A stretch of DNA of 64,000 nt from Saprospiraceae bacterium (GTDB lineage Bacteria; Bacteroidota; Bacteroidia; Chitinophagales; Saprospiraceae). Under the pieces are notes generated by a model that was not told where the DNA came from, searched no databases, and saw only the letters and a program-made list of their open reading frames with translations. Within the stretch, counting starts at the first letter, position 1; each line of letters opens with the position of its first letter. The translations under genes and the position numbers were made by a program. Location: NCBI GenBank assembly GCA_041392555.1, contig JAWKLW010000005.1, forward strand, positions 4,080 through 68,079, written 5' to 3'. Positions 20,144 to 32,791 of the stretch are shown one piece after another.

Positions 20144-21562
20144 CACCAAGAATTAGAATATAAAGGGGTAACATCAGTAGTGGATATTTCTCATTATGCA
20201 GGAACTGGCACTATCAATGTGGTAGATATCACCGAACCTGGAGTTTATCAAACCCTTGTACCCAGTACCTGGATCTGTACTTGAACCAGGAGTATATTCG
20301 ATTGAATATACCGCTATAGGATGTAATGGATATCCAACAACCTGCAATTTTGATGTTACAGTAACATCGGGAACTCCAATCTTGGAATGCCCTAATAATG
20401 TTGTCGTTTATTCTCTGAAATGTCTGTGAAAGCATACAGTGATGAGGAGACCTATACCAATACAACTGATCAAAATGGAGATTACGCTTTTGAAGTTAAT
20501 CCTAATGTTTATAATATCGAAGCTAGTTCTGATGATGACTTCTCAAAAGGTATCACCACTATTGATATTGTGATTATCCAGAAATATATTCTTGGATTGA
20601 AACAGATTACTGATCCATATATACTTATGGCTGGTGATGTCAATATGAACAATAAAGTATCCTCATCTGATATCTTACAGCTCAGAAGGCTTATACTTGG
20701 TAGTGAAGATAGATTTACAAATAACTCTTGGATTGGTGTTAATGCTAATTATGAATTTGAAAATCCTACACATGCATACGAAGAAGCTGAACAAGCCACA
20801 AAGATAAAAGTAGATATATCTGATGGACAATCATTATCACAATTAGACTTCAATGCAATTAAGATAGGAGATATGAACAAGAGCCATCAAACAGCAGAAT
20901 TCAGAAGTTCTGATGCTTTAAAATTCAAGGTTGAAAACCGTTCAATTTATAAAGGACAAAGCATAGAAATTCCATTTTTAGCAAGTGATTTTAATGATAT
21001 TTATGGGTTCCAGTGTGCAATCAATATTGCAGGACTTGAAAATGTTCAACTAAAACCTGTTGCAATAAATATTAATGATGATAACACTAATATTAAAGAT
21101 GGAAAATTACTGATAAGCTGGGATGATGCAAGTGGTATTACTTTAGAAAATGATAAAGTACTATTCATTTTGACTGCTCAGGCAACTGCAGATGGAGTTT
21201 TGAATAATATATTAAATATCAATGACAGGTTATTAAGAGCAGAAGCTTATTCAGGTAAGGAATTATCTATAAGAAATGTAAATATTGACTTTGTCGATTA
21301 TTCATTTGCACTGTATCAAAATCAACCTAATCCATTCTCTAATGAGACTGCAATTGGATTTGATTTACCTGAAAATGGAGAATATGAATTGAAAATTTCA
21401 GATATGACAGGAAAAGAAATTTATAAAGTAAGAGCTTATGGAAAATTAGGCTATAATAAAATAACTGTTAAAGGCCAGGATATTCTGGCGTCTGGAGTTT
21501 ATTACTATCAACTAAGTACAGATAATTATACTGACACTAAGAAAATGGTGTTTTACAGATAA
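20144..21562 (+). pseudogene. 5'-truncated, frameshifted T9SS type A cargo protein (HYR-like and dockerin-like segments, Por C-terminal domain)
   Basis: The reading frame is open from the first base after the IS end (QELEYKGVTSVVD...). It contains PGVYSIEYTAIGCNGYPTTCNFDVTV and GDVNMNNKVSSSDILQLRRLILG. The C-terminus reads ALYQNQPNPFSNETAIGFDLPE...GVYYYQL...KKMVFYR. Confidence 0.65.
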
Positions 21563-21594
21563 TTAGTAAATTTAATAGATTAAATGTTATTAGA

Positions 21595-21627
21595 AAACGA
21601 GGACCATTTATGGTTCTCGTTTTTTTA
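21595..21627 (+). terminator. intrinsic terminator
   Basis: aacgaggacc[attta]tggttctcgtt followed by T7. Confidence 0.75.
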
Positions 21628-21785
21628 TGAATAGAAACTTTGCCACTATTCAAATAAATACCAACTATTTTTTACACTAACACGATTTTCTAACCAGGAC
21701 AATAGCATTAATTAGAAATTATGCTTAATCTTGCAGATAAATTATTCACGAACTGATATTTATTTAAAAAACTGTGATATAAAAT

Positions 21786-22289
21786 ATGGAATTAAAAACA
21801 TTGATAATGCTTCTTCCTCTTGCCTTTACTCTTCATAACATTGAAGAAGTGTTAGGAATGGAAAAATGGACTAAATCAATTCCTTCATATATTCATAAGC
21901 CAGTGACAACAAAACAATTTGGCATTGCAGTGTTATTATTTTCTATTTTAGGATTTATTATCATTTATACAAAAAGTTATTTTCATACTGAAAAAGATTA
22001 TTATTTCGTAATTACCGGATTTGCCGGTATGATATTTCTAAATGTATTTTTACCACATTTACTCGCCACAATAATCTTGAGAAAATACTCACCAGGAATC
22101 ATCACAGGACTTTTTATTAATCTACCTTTATCGATATTGATTTTATACAAAATATTAATTTCCCAAATTTTATCCATTTGGCAACTCATTATTACAATAA
22201 TCATTGGAGGATTAATGGGGATACTTTTAGCGTATATTTTTCTAAAAATTGGAAAACAAATAGAGGATAAATATGCTAAGACTCAATAA
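21786..22289 (+). CDS. HXXEE domain-containing membrane protein
   Basis: An HNIEE motif in the first helix, and 167 aa of polytopic sequence. Confidence 0.6.
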   Translation: MELKTLIMLLPLAFTLHNIEEVLGMEKWTKSIPSYIHKPVTTKQFGIAVLLFSILGFIIIYTKSYFHTEKDYYFVITGFAGMIFLNVFLPHLLATIILRKYSPGIITGLFINLPLSILILYKILISQILSIWQLIITIIIGGLMGILLAYIFLKIGKQIEDKYAKTQ

Positions 22290-22385
22290 ATTTACAATAT
22301 AATAAGAAAAATCTATGTGCTTAATTCAAGATTTTATATATTTGAGAACCAATATATTTTTATAAATATCACAAGCAAGATATTA

Positions 22386-23246
22386 ATGAAGGAAATAATT
22401 TTAAATGATGGAAACAAATTACCTATTATAGGTTTTGGTACTTACAAATCTAAAGATCAAAATGGTATTCAAGCTATAAAACATGCTTTGTCTTCGGGTT
22501 ACAGACTTCTGGACACTGCAGCCAAATACGACAATGAACAAGAAGTTGGAATAGCCATGAGAGAAAGTGGCATAGTCAGGGCAGAAATCATTTTGACTTC
22601 AAAAGTATGGAGAGATAATTTGGGTTACAATGAAACAAAAAAAGCATTTCAACTTTCTCTACATAAACTTGGAATGGACTATATAGACCTATATCTGATT
22701 CATTGGCCTGCAAATGCAAGAAATTACTCAAATTGGCAAAAAACAAATTCAGAAAGCTGGAGGGCAATGGAAGAATTACAGTCTGAGGGAAAAATAAAAT
22801 CTATTGGAGTAAGTAATTTTTGGCAAGAACATTTAGAGTCACTTTTTCAAACTGCAAATGTAATTCCTGCTATAAATCAAATTGAATTTCACCCCGGTTA
22901 CTGGCAATCTGAATTATCTGAATTTTGTAAAACAAATGGTATTGTCGTCGAAGCTTGGTCGCCATTAGCAAGAGGTAGAATTTTCAATAACCCTATATTG
23001 CAAGAAATAGCTACTATACACAATAAATCAATTTCTCAAGTATGTTTGAGATGGGTTGCTCAACATAATACTATTGTTATTCCTAAATCAAATAACCTTC
23101 ATAGAATCGAAGAAAATTTCAACATTTTTGACTTCAATTTATCCAATGAAGAAATGAAAAAAATAGATAATCTTCCTGAGATGGGATTTAGTGGAGAATT
23201 ACCGAATTTATGGCCGGAAGTTTTGGATGTTAAAAATATAATGTAA
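22386..23246 (+). CDS. aldo/keto reductase
   Basis: MKEIILNDGNKLPIIGFGTYK, LDTAAKY, DLYLIHWP and IPKS motifs. I prefer ATG 22386 to the upstream alternative start of the track ORF. Confidence 0.85.
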   Translation: MKEIILNDGNKLPIIGFGTYKSKDQNGIQAIKHALSSGYRLLDTAAKYDNEQEVGIAMRESGIVRAEIILTSKVWRDNLGYNETKKAFQLSLHKLGMDYIDLYLIHWPANARNYSNWQKTNSESWRAMEELQSEGKIKSIGVSNFWQEHLESLFQTANVIPAINQIEFHPGYWQSELSEFCKTNGIVVEAWSPLARGRIFNNPILQEIATIHNKSISQVCLRWVAQHNTIVIPKSNNLHRIEENFNIFDFNLSNEEMKKIDNLPEMGFSGELPNLWPEVLDVKNIM

Positions 23247-23355
23247 TTAACTCCCTATTTAATTTCATGAAAAATTAAACTTTTCTTACGACAAAACAAA
23301 ATGTCGTACAATTGCCTTTATAATAATTTGCACAAAGGAAAAATAAATACTAATT

Positions 23356-23916
23356 TTGAAAAAAATGAATTCAATTAGCGAATTAATAATTCAAGCTCGA
23401 AAGTCCAAAAATTTAACTCAAGAACAACTTGCAAAATTATCTAATATTAATTTGAGGACAATCCAAAGAATTGAGAATAATAAAAATATGCCAAGAGTAA
23501 GTACTTTAGAACTTATTTGCAATGTTTTAGAAATAGAAATACCTGCTATTAAAAAAGAAAGCAAAAAAATTATTTCCTTTGATAGAGTTTTCAATTATTT
23601 ATTTTTAATAGTTATCAATTTTATTATAATCGGTATAATTGGTTGGATGACTATAGATTCAGAAGCCAATTTAAATTCACGATTTGCAGGATTCTTACTG
23701 AGTTTTTTCATCCCCTTTTTCATTGTATTTTTTACTCAAAATATGGATAGCACAGTTAGATTATTTAAATTTGGAATAGGTTGCTTACTCTATGTGATTA
23801 CAACTATAATTATAGTAGGATTTCCTTATGCCTTTGTGTCTGGGCTGATACCATGCCTAACTATTTGTATATTTACACTATATTATGGTGAAAAATTACT
23901 TTTGATAAATCAATAG
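23356..23916 (+). CDS. XRE-family HTH protein with C-terminal transmembrane region
   Basis: ARKSKNLTQEQLAKLSNINLRTIQRIEN helix-turn-helix followed by four hydrophobic segments. Confidence 0.7.
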   Translation: MKKMNSISELIIQARKSKNLTQEQLAKLSNINLRTIQRIENNKNMPRVSTLELICNVLEIEIPAIKKESKKIISFDRVFNYLFLIVINFIIIGIIGWMTIDSEANLNSRFAGFLLSFFIPFFIVFFTQNMDSTVRLFKFGIGCLLYVITTIIIVGFPYAFVSGLIPCLTICIFTLYYGEKLLLINQ

Positions 23917-23920
23917 ATAA

Positions 23921-24106
23921 ATGAAAAAAATTGTCATAACTATTTTAGCATTTGTATGGATATCAAGTCTGATTATTTTGATAATATCCCTCACCAATAC
24001 TCAACAGGATAATCATTTCAGAAATCACCGGATAATTATTGGAATTTCATTCATTGTGATATCACAAATAATGGGAAATATTTACAAAAAGATACTTAAA
24101 TATTAA
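23921..24106 (+). CDS. small membrane protein
   Basis: 61 aa with two hydrophobic helices. It starts 4 nt after the HTH gene. Confidence 0.35.
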   Translation: MKKIVITILAFVWISSLIILIISLTNTQQDNHFRNHRIIIGISFIVISQIMGNIYKKILKY

Positions 24107-24184
24107 TACCTGAATTTAATATTCAATAGCTATTGCCTTTTATCAATAGTTTAATAATCCAAAAACATCTATTTTGTATTAAAA

Positions 24185-24559
24185 TCAACTTTCCCCACCT
24201 ACTATCTCTATCTGCTGTTCCTTTTTAGCAATAATCTCAGGCTTATCTTTATAAACACTTACAATACCTGTGACACAGATATTTTTATCTTTGAGATATT
24301 CCACAGGGGTATAGGTGAAATGTGGGTAATCTGAAGCAAATATCACCACAGTAAATTTATGGTCAGGATAATGTCCTCCGAAGTTAATGTAAGTATTTTT
24401 CTTTTCACCTTCGGGTTTAAAAACATCTGTTACTTTATCGCAAATTTTTATATAATCGCCTTTCCTTACTATATCTATACTGTCAAGGCTGATTGTTCGT
24501 TGTGAATACAATACCACAGAGGATAAGATCACTAACATAATTGTGATTGATTTTTTCAT
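24185..24559 (-). CDS. hypothetical secreted protein
   Basis: 124 aa with an N-terminal signal peptide (MKKSITIMLVILSSVVLYSQ). Confidence 0.45.
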   Translation of the reverse strand: MKKSITIMLVILSSVVLYSQRTISLDSIDIVRKGDYIKICDKVTDVFKPEGEKKNTYINFGGHYPDHKFTVVIFASDYPHFTYTPVEYLKDKNICVTGIVSVYKDKPEIIAKKEQQIEIVGGES

Positions 24560-24713
24560 TTTTTGGAGTTTGACACAAATATATTAAAAATTTATATATA
24601 GCTGCCAAAATTAATTTAAAATATATATAATAGCACTTAAATATAATAATAATGACATTTTACAATTATATTTATCTGAACAGAATATAATTCACAAATA
24701 ATCTGAGAATACT

Positions 24714-25061
24714 ATGGAACAGAAATCAAAGAAAAAATTCAAAGAAGACTATAAACAAATGAGATTCCCGATGGGAGTATTTCAAATTAGAAATATTTCT
24801 AATGACAAAATCCTGATAGACAATAGTATTGATATGCCATCAAAATGGAATAGACATAAATTCGAGCTAAATTTTGGATCTCATAAAAATCGTGAACTTC
24901 AAAAAGACTGGAATGAAAAAGGAGAAGATAATTTTGTTTTTGAAATTTTGTCAGAATTAAAATATGATGATGAAAATCAAACAGATTATAATAAGGAATT
25001 GAAAGTTTTGCAAAAAATGGTGATTGAAGAATTGAATATTTCAGAAAATCTCAGATATTGA
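24714..25061 (+). CDS. GIY-YIG nuclease-family small protein
   Basis: The pattern GVFQIRN...KILIDNS...NRH...HKNRELQKDW...FVFEIL matches the GIY-YIG core. Confidence 0.55.
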   Translation: MEQKSKKKFKEDYKQMRFPMGVFQIRNISNDKILIDNSIDMPSKWNRHKFELNFGSHKNRELQKDWNEKGEDNFVFEILSELKYDDENQTDYNKELKVLQKMVIEELNISENLRY

Positions 25062-25117
25062 AAATTATATATTTTTGAGATGAATTCTGAGAATCAGAAC
25101 CTTCTCTCCACACTACC

Positions 25118-26895
25118 CTACCTCATGGTGCCAGCAATCTTATCGATATTTAGACTATCGACCATAGCATTGAAAATATCGAAATAAACGGATTTATGGT
25201 CATATAATTCACTATGTGTTCCTTGTTCCACCACTCTTCCTTCGTCGAGGACAATTATATTTTCAGCATCGATTATCTGAGATAAATTATGCGATACAAT
25301 GATTACAGTTCTGTCTTTTTTAATAGCATCAAGACTCATTTTTATTTGCTCTGTCGCAATTGCATCGAGACTGGCAGTAGGCTCATCAAGAAAAATAACA
25401 GGTGGATTTTTTAAAAACATCCTTGCAATGGCTATTCTCTGTTGCTGTCCTCCGGAAAGTGATTTTGCATCTGATTCATACGACATTGGCAACTCTACTA
25501 TCTGATCATGAATATATGCTTTTTTTGCAGCTGCTACTATATCTTCGAAACTCGCATCAGGATTGCCATATTTAATATTCTCTGCAATACTACCATTGAA
25601 TATATGGTTTCTCTGCAATACAAGTCCGATATTATTTCTAAGAAAAGTAGTATTGTAATCTTTGAGATTAACATTATCCAAAAGTATTTCACCTGATTGT
25701 TGTTCATAAAACTTATCAAGTAAATTTATAACAGTACTTTTCCCTGCACCACTCAATCCTATCAATGCAGATATCTTACCTTTAGGGATTTTAAAACTTA
25801 CATTTTTCAATGCCTGAGTACCATTAGGATAATAAAAATCTATGTTTTTTAAATCAAAATCACCTTTAATCTGCTCAGGAATATAATCACCACTGGTTTC
25901 TATCTGATGTTCCGAATCAAGAATATCAAAAAATGCTTCCGAATATATCATAGCATCATTTACCTCATCATATATTCTGTGTAATTGTCTGATAGGAGCA
26001 GAAACATTATTGAACAACATAATATAGAACATAATCGCTCCGATAGTCATAGTGCCTTTTATCACAAAATATGATGTCAATATAATTATAATCACTACTC
26101 CTATTTGCTCAACAAATACTTTTACATTATCAAAGATAAAACCCAACCTCATTGTTTTCAATTGGTTTTCAGTCATATCATATTGAATCTTCTTATGCCT
26201 TTTTGCTTCCAATCCTTCCCTAACAAAAGATTTGATAACCATTATAGAATCTATTAGCCTTATGATTCCATTACTTTGGGTTTCTCTAAATGACCTCATT
26301 CTCCTCCTGAATCCCCCAAGTTTATTTGCTTGCAATTGACTTATATACATATATATAGGGATAATCGAAAGACTGACTATTCCTATGTAAATATTTGCAT
26401 TGAATATTACTACCAGAGCCACTACTGAATTAGCAATCAGTGGTAGGATATTTATAAAGAAATTTTGAACGAGATTTGTCAGACTTGACACTCCAAGATT
26501 TATCCTGGTTTCAAGTTTACCACTGTCATTCTCAGTTGAAGTATAAAATGCCATCTTATATGACAATATCCTTTCGACTATAGTCTGTGAAAAATCACGT
26601 GAAATAAATATCCTTAATTTAACTCCGAAAAACTTTTGACCAAATTGAACAAAAGCATTCAATACTTCCTTCAATAACAGAACAATAGATATAAATGCCA
26701 GAATTTTTGCACCATCATTTACAGTTTTATGGCTTTCTGTTAATTGAGTAATTTCATCAACTGAATACCTGAGAATAAAAGCATTGACCTGAGCAAGAAA
26801 TGAACCTATTAATGTGAGTATCAAAGTAGCTATAACGAGTCCCCAATATGGCTTTACAAATGGATAGATTTTTTTATCAATTCTTTCAAAGACAT
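25118..26895 (-). CDS. ABC exporter, fused permease/ATPase (MsbA-like); N-terminus frameshifted in a poly-A/T run
   Basis: GLSGAGKST, LSGGQQQRIAIAR and IFLDEPTASLD motifs. Upstream of the track ORF, the frame MSLKELIKK|IYPFVKPYWGLVIATL starts at 26895 and breaks in the T7 run at 26871..26877. Confidence 0.8.
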
Positions 26896-27218
26896 ACCAA
26901 CTCCATAATTTTATAAAAATTTACCATTTTTTTGTTTTATTTTTTAGACAATATATTTTAAATAAAGTACTGAATAAAATTTGTGATTAACTTTTATTTA
27001 ACTTCTAATTTATAATATGAAAAAAAAATTAAAAAACTCTTTAGTATAACAATTTAAAATCCTTAATTCCTCGTAAATTACCACATTTCAGCTTAATCTT
27101 AATTATATTTGTTCTTAACTAGTATTTTAAAATTACATTATCCCCCAATATTGATATTAATTATTTAATTTTGAGTGTATTTTTTACACTAATAATTCTC
27201 TCATTTAACCAAATATAA

Positions 27219-28394
<1,176 letters not shown>

Positions 28395-28420
28395 CAACTT
28401 CACATAGGCTATAAAAAAAG

Positions 28421-28470
28421 AAATACCATTATCGATATTCTAAATTATAAACGTACTGATAATGGTATTT
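28421..28470 (+). terminator. 13-bp perfect inverted repeat after the esterase gene
   Basis: aaataccattatc (28421..28433) pairs with gataatggtattt (28458..28470), followed by ttttat. The 24-nt loop is long for a terminator. Confidence 0.35.
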
Positions 28471-28504
28471 TTATAATATCAGAAATGACCAAGTTCGTCA
28501 TGCA

Positions 28505-28891
28505 TCATAATAATGAGTTTAACCAATCTTTTGGTAATCTTTTTATTTTATTGGTATTTTTATCAATAAGAACCCATTTGGTCCTTGAATCCACGACCAA
28601 ATCATTGCCAATATAAAACTCTACTTTTCTGGGCTGACGAATTCCTTCTGGTTCTTCTGGATAAGTCCTGACTAAAAGAACTTCCCCTTTAAATACCTGA
28701 CGCAAATATTGAATATGATGATCGACAAGCACCCAATAATCTTCTGCATATTCAGTATTCACTTTAAGCAAATCCCAATGCTCTTTAGCCATCTCTTCCA
28801 TCCATTTTATATACTGTACATTATTTACATGATTCAATGAATCGAGATGCTCATCTTCAATTATAATATTTTTGGTGTAAATCAATTCCAT
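28505..28891 (-). CDS. acyl-CoA thioesterase (4HBT/hotdog fold)
   Basis: 128 aa with LDSLNHVNNVQYIKWMEE, typical of YbgC-like thioesterases. Confidence 0.65.
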   Translation of the reverse strand: MELIYTKNIIIEDEHLDSLNHVNNVQYIKWMEEMAKEHWDLLKVNTEYAEDYWVLVDHHIQYLRQVFKGEVLLVRTYPEEPEGIRQPRKVEFYIGNDLVVDSRTKWVLIDKNTNKIKRLPKDWLNSLL

Positions 28892-28917
28892 ATACTAAAA
28901 AATAAATATCTAAAAAA

Positions 28918-29529
28918 TCATCTGTTTACCATTTCAGATTTTATACTTTCCAGATATTTAACTACATATTTACCCATAATATCAAATTCAATATTGACTT
29001 TAGAGCCCGGATTGATAAATTTAAAATTAGTATTTTCAAAAGTATAAGGAATTATTGCAACTGAAAACTCATTTTTAACAACATCAACAAGAGTAAGGCT
29101 AACACCATTTATAGATATTGACCCCTTATTGACAATCAAATTGTTGTTTTCATCATCAGCCAGTTTAAACCTAAAATACCAACTTCCATTTTCTTCCTGA
29201 ACAGATATACATTCTGCAGTAGTATCAACATGCCCTTGTACAAAATGCCCATCCATACGCATTTCTCCAGTTACTGACCTTTCAAGATTAACCATATCTC
29301 CTGATTTCAAATCACCGAGATTAGATTTCAATAGAGTTTCCTTTATTGCAGTAACTTTGTATTTTGTTTCATCTATATCCACAACGGTGAGACAAACACC
29401 ATTATGAGAAATACTTTGATCGATATGAAGCTCCTCAATAAAATCAACAGAAAGATAAAAATGAACATTTGTATTTTCATTTTCAATCTTTACTAATTTC
29501 CCCATTTTTTCAATAATTCCTGAAAACAT
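28918..29529 (-). CDS. ribE: riboflavin synthase
   Basis: MFSGIIEKMG..., SISHNGVCLTVV and GSISINGVSLTLV (a duplicated barrel). Confidence 0.9.
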   Translation of the reverse strand: MFSGIIEKMGKLVKIENENTNVHFYLSVDFIEELHIDQSISHNGVCLTVVDIDETKYKVTAIKETLLKSNLGDLKSGDMVNLERSVTGEMRMDGHFVQGHVDTTAECISVQEENGSWYFRFKLADDENNNLIVNKGSISINGVSLTLVDVVKNEFSVAIIPYTFENTNFKFINPGSKVNIEFDIMGKYVVKYLESIKSEMVNR

Positions 29530-29595
29530 ATAATATCATTTAATTTTACAAAATGTAAATATAATTCATCAAAATAGTCACTAAAAACTAATTCT

Positions 29596-30360
29596 TTATT
29601 TTAGCTTTTGTTTTGATTCATTCCAAAGTGCATCCATATCTGCTAAAGTCATTTCCTTCAACGGTTTTTCAGCAAATTCCTCAATATACTGAAATCTTGA
29701 TTTGAATTTTACATTCACTTTTTCTAATGCAGTTTCAGGATCGACACCAATAAATCTTCCATAATTGACTAATGCAAACAATACATCACCAAATTCTTCG
29801 TCAATATGAGCAAAATCATGATTTTCATCAATAGCCTCTCTTAATTCTCCAATTTCTTCTTCTACTTTATCCCAAACTTGATCCACATTTTCCCATTCAA
29901 AATTGACCTGAGCTGTCTTTTCCTGCATTCTGTAAGCCTTTATTAATGCAGGCAAACCATCAGGCACACCACTTAAAACAGATTTTTTACCTTCCTTTTT
30001 CTTTATCTGCTCCCAATTTTTCTTAACTTCATCTGAATCCAAAACTTTTACATCTCCATAAATATGTGGATGCCTGTTTATCATTTTTTTATTCAATTTA
30101 TCAATAACTGAAGCTATATCCAATTTCCCCTGTTCACTACCTATTTTGGAATAAAATACGATATGCAATAGAACATCACCCAACTCCTCCTCAATTCCAG
30201 TCCAATCCTCTTTCAATATGCTATCAGCCAATTCGTAAACCTCTTCAATAGTCAGATTTCTGAGTGAATGAATATCTTGTTTTTTGTCCCAGGGACACTC
30301 TGATCTCAATGTATCCATTATCGCAAGCAACTCAGTAAATTTTTTTAATTTTTCTTCCAT
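29596..30360 (-). CDS. mazG: nucleoside triphosphate pyrophosphohydrolase MazG
   Basis: CPWDKKQDIHSLRNLTIEEVYEL, EELGDVLL and EEFGDVLFALVN tandem MazG motifs. Confidence 0.9.
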   Translation of the reverse strand: MEEKLKKFTELLAIMDTLRSECPWDKKQDIHSLRNLTIEEVYELADSILKEDWTGIEEELGDVLLHIVFYSKIGSEQGKLDIASVIDKLNKKMINRHPHIYGDVKVLDSDEVKKNWEQIKKKEGKKSVLSGVPDGLPALIKAYRMQEKTAQVNFEWENVDQVWDKVEEEIGELREAIDENHDFAHIDEEFGDVLFALVNYGRFIGVDPETALEKVNVKFKSRFQYIEEFAEKPLKEMTLADMDALWNESKQKLK

Positions 30361-30705
30361 TTATAATATATATTAAAAAACGTATTTTTGTAAATATTAT
30401 TCAAATTGCAAAATAAATAAAATGTCAGAATTTTTTTATACTTTACTTATAGTTTTTGTTATTGTTGTTTTTTCTTTCGTTATTTTTAATGTAAAGTATA
30501 TTTTCAAAGGCGAAGAGTTCAAAAAACTTGCTCTACTACTGGTGAAAAATGTAGTTGCTCTGGTGATCACGATCATGAAACAGCATGTGAAAACAGGATA
30601 ATAGAAAAAGTTTAGTCGCATACATATAAGTAACGATCTGGTACTAAAAATCTAATAGTATATAATCCCTTGAATTTCATTTATTAACTATAAAAAATTT
30701 TGATT

Positions 30706-31197
30706 ATGAATTACGCACATATTCATCTCACTGTCAATCATTTCCCAATTATTTTCCCGATGGTAGCTGTTATAGTTTTGATTACAGGATTTATATTCAA
30801 ATCTGAAGTAATGAAAAGAACAGCCTATTTTATCTTTGCATTAGGCGCCATTTCAACTGTTTTTGCAATAATTTCAGGAGAGAAAGCTGCAGGTTATACT
30901 CATACTATGGACTGGTTTCAAAAAAGTTTAGTACATGAACATCATGAATCAGCAGAATTTTTTGGTATTTTCTCCTATATTTTAGGATTATTATCTGTTG
31001 TTGCATTATGGGCTAGTTGGAAAGGAAAACAATTTTCTAAATGGCTTTCTTATATCGTATTAATTTTTAGTTTTGTCACTATGTTTTTAGCAAAAAATGC
31101 TGGTAGCACTGGAGGAGATATACGACATACGGAAATCAGAACAGAGCAAAACACTGTGGAACAACCTGCAAATGTTGAAGATGAAGAACAAAATTAA
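30706..31197 (+). CDS. membrane protein (DUF2231-like)
   Basis: MNYAHIHLTVNHFPIIFP followed by four TM helices. ATG 30706 is preferred over the TTG at 30700. Confidence 0.5.
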   Translation: MNYAHIHLTVNHFPIIFPMVAVIVLITGFIFKSEVMKRTAYFIFALGAISTVFAIISGEKAAGYTHTMDWFQKSLVHEHHESAEFFGIFSYILGLLSVVALWASWKGKQFSKWLSYIVLIFSFVTMFLAKNAGSTGGDIRHTEIRTEQNTVEQPANVEDEEQN

Positions 31198-31325
31198 TAA
31201 TATTAAATAATTTGTTAATTTCTATATATTCCGTTACTTTCAAATAATCTTAACGTTTAATAGAAGAACTTTTAATCAAACAAAACGTTTGCATTATAAC
31301 TATTTACTTAAAAAAAATTTAAAAC

Positions 31326-32222
31326 ATGAAAAAAATTAATTTTATCTATGGATTTGTAATCCTTGCTGCCTTTGCAATTTCATTTGCATCTTGTACTACT
31401 GACACTGGTGTTCCTCCAACACTCTCATTCGGAAGTGGATCATCATATATTTCAGGAGATGCTCAAGTAGATGCTGGTGAATATGTAACTGTTAAATTAA
31501 ACGGAACTAAAGGAGATGCTGACATGAACAATCTTACAATTTATGAAGATGGAAGTCAACTAAATCTTGCTAGAATCGAAGATGGTGTCAACTCCAATCC
31601 TGTTTTATTATCAGGAGATGACGTAACTTCATTTACTAAAGAAATAACTTTCACTGCTCAAGAATCAGGTTCAAGTGAATATTTATTTGTATTAACAGAT
31701 GTTAGTGGATTAAAAGATAGTGTTTCATTTTTATTATCATTGAATCCTGAGACTGCATTTAATCTTGAAGTTACCAATTTAAAAGTTTATAATGCTGATG
31801 GTCCTGCAGGTTATTATGGAAGTGTTGATTTACAAAAAGGCGTATCTGTAGCATCAGATGATACCGATGGCGACGTTCAAGACCTTGGAATCAATAATAG
31901 TAGTACAGGATGGGCTAAAACAATAGAGCCAGAAAATGGAACTACCATGTTCATTCCTCCTTCATCAGTCGATTATGATGATGTAACATCATTAGAAAAA
32001 CTGCTCGAAGCTATGGATGCATCAACACAGGTTTCAGAATCTACAGTATCTGTAGGTGATTTATTTATTCTAAAATCCCCATCACCAGATAATTCTCAAC
32101 TATATGATTATTTCATATTGAAAACTACTGAAATTCATGATGATGGTCAAGTAGGACCAGGATATAATCAAGATTATTATATTTTCTCTTTAAAAAGGAT
32201 ATGTCAATTAATAATCGAATAA
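31326..32222 (+). CDS. hypothetical lipoprotein
   Basis: Signal peptide plus lipobox (FAISFASC). 298 aa, Ser/Thr/Asp-rich. Confidence 0.5.
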   Translation: MKKINFIYGFVILAAFAISFASCTTDTGVPPTLSFGSGSSYISGDAQVDAGEYVTVKLNGTKGDADMNNLTIYEDGSQLNLARIEDGVNSNPVLLSGDDVTSFTKEITFTAQESGSSEYLFVLTDVSGLKDSVSFLLSLNPETAFNLEVTNLKVYNADGPAGYYGSVDLQKGVSVASDDTDGDVQDLGINNSSTGWAKTIEPENGTTMFIPPSSVDYDDVTSLEKLLEAMDASTQVSESTVSVGDLFILKSPSPDNSQLYDYFILKTTEIHDDGQVGPGYNQDYYIFSLKRICQLIIE

Positions 32223-32359
32223 AAAATATATGCCTCAATTATTAAATTGGGGCATTTTTTTAAAAAATAAGGATAATAATAACAATTATTGCAAAAATAA
32301 ACTTACCTTTGCCGCGCTATAGAAAATTTTCGTAATTAATATAAGTAAAACATAAAAAA

Positions 32360-32636
32360 ATGAGTGTATTTTTAGATCTGAAAAAAAAGAAAGAGATCTT
32401 CAAAGAATATGGAAAATCAGAGAAAAGATACTGGTTCAGTTGAAGGTCAAATTGCATTATTGACAGAACAAATCAAACTGTTGACCAACCATTTAAGTGA
32501 AAACAGAAAAGATCAGGTAAGTCGTAGATCCCTTCTAACAAAAGTTGGAAAAAGAAAAAGATTCTTAAAATATCTTATGGAAAAAGATATTGTTAAATAC
32601 AGAACTTTAATAGAAAAATTAGGATTGAGAAAGTAA
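32360..32636 (+). CDS. rpsO: 30S ribosomal protein S15, with a 1-nt insertion in an A run
   Basis: ATG 32360 gives ...[15 protein letters not shown], then the frame slips at gagaaaagat (about 32421). The remainder (ORF 32409..32636) reads [23 protein letters not shown]...[10 protein letters not shown]. Confidence 0.85.
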
Positions 32637-32791
32637 AAAATAATTATAAGTTATTTTTTAATACAACAATTTTAATAAAAGGCTGATTTAATTTACAATC
32701 TGATTTCAATGATTTCTGAAACGGTATGTTTTTAGTTTACATATTGTATGTACAGTAAATCAGTATTAAAATTTTAATTAAATAAATCAAA

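Noticed and set aside
20229-20465. Minus-strand ORF 20229..20465
   Set aside because: It is a shadow of the plus-strand HYR-like segment of the truncated T9SS cargo gene.
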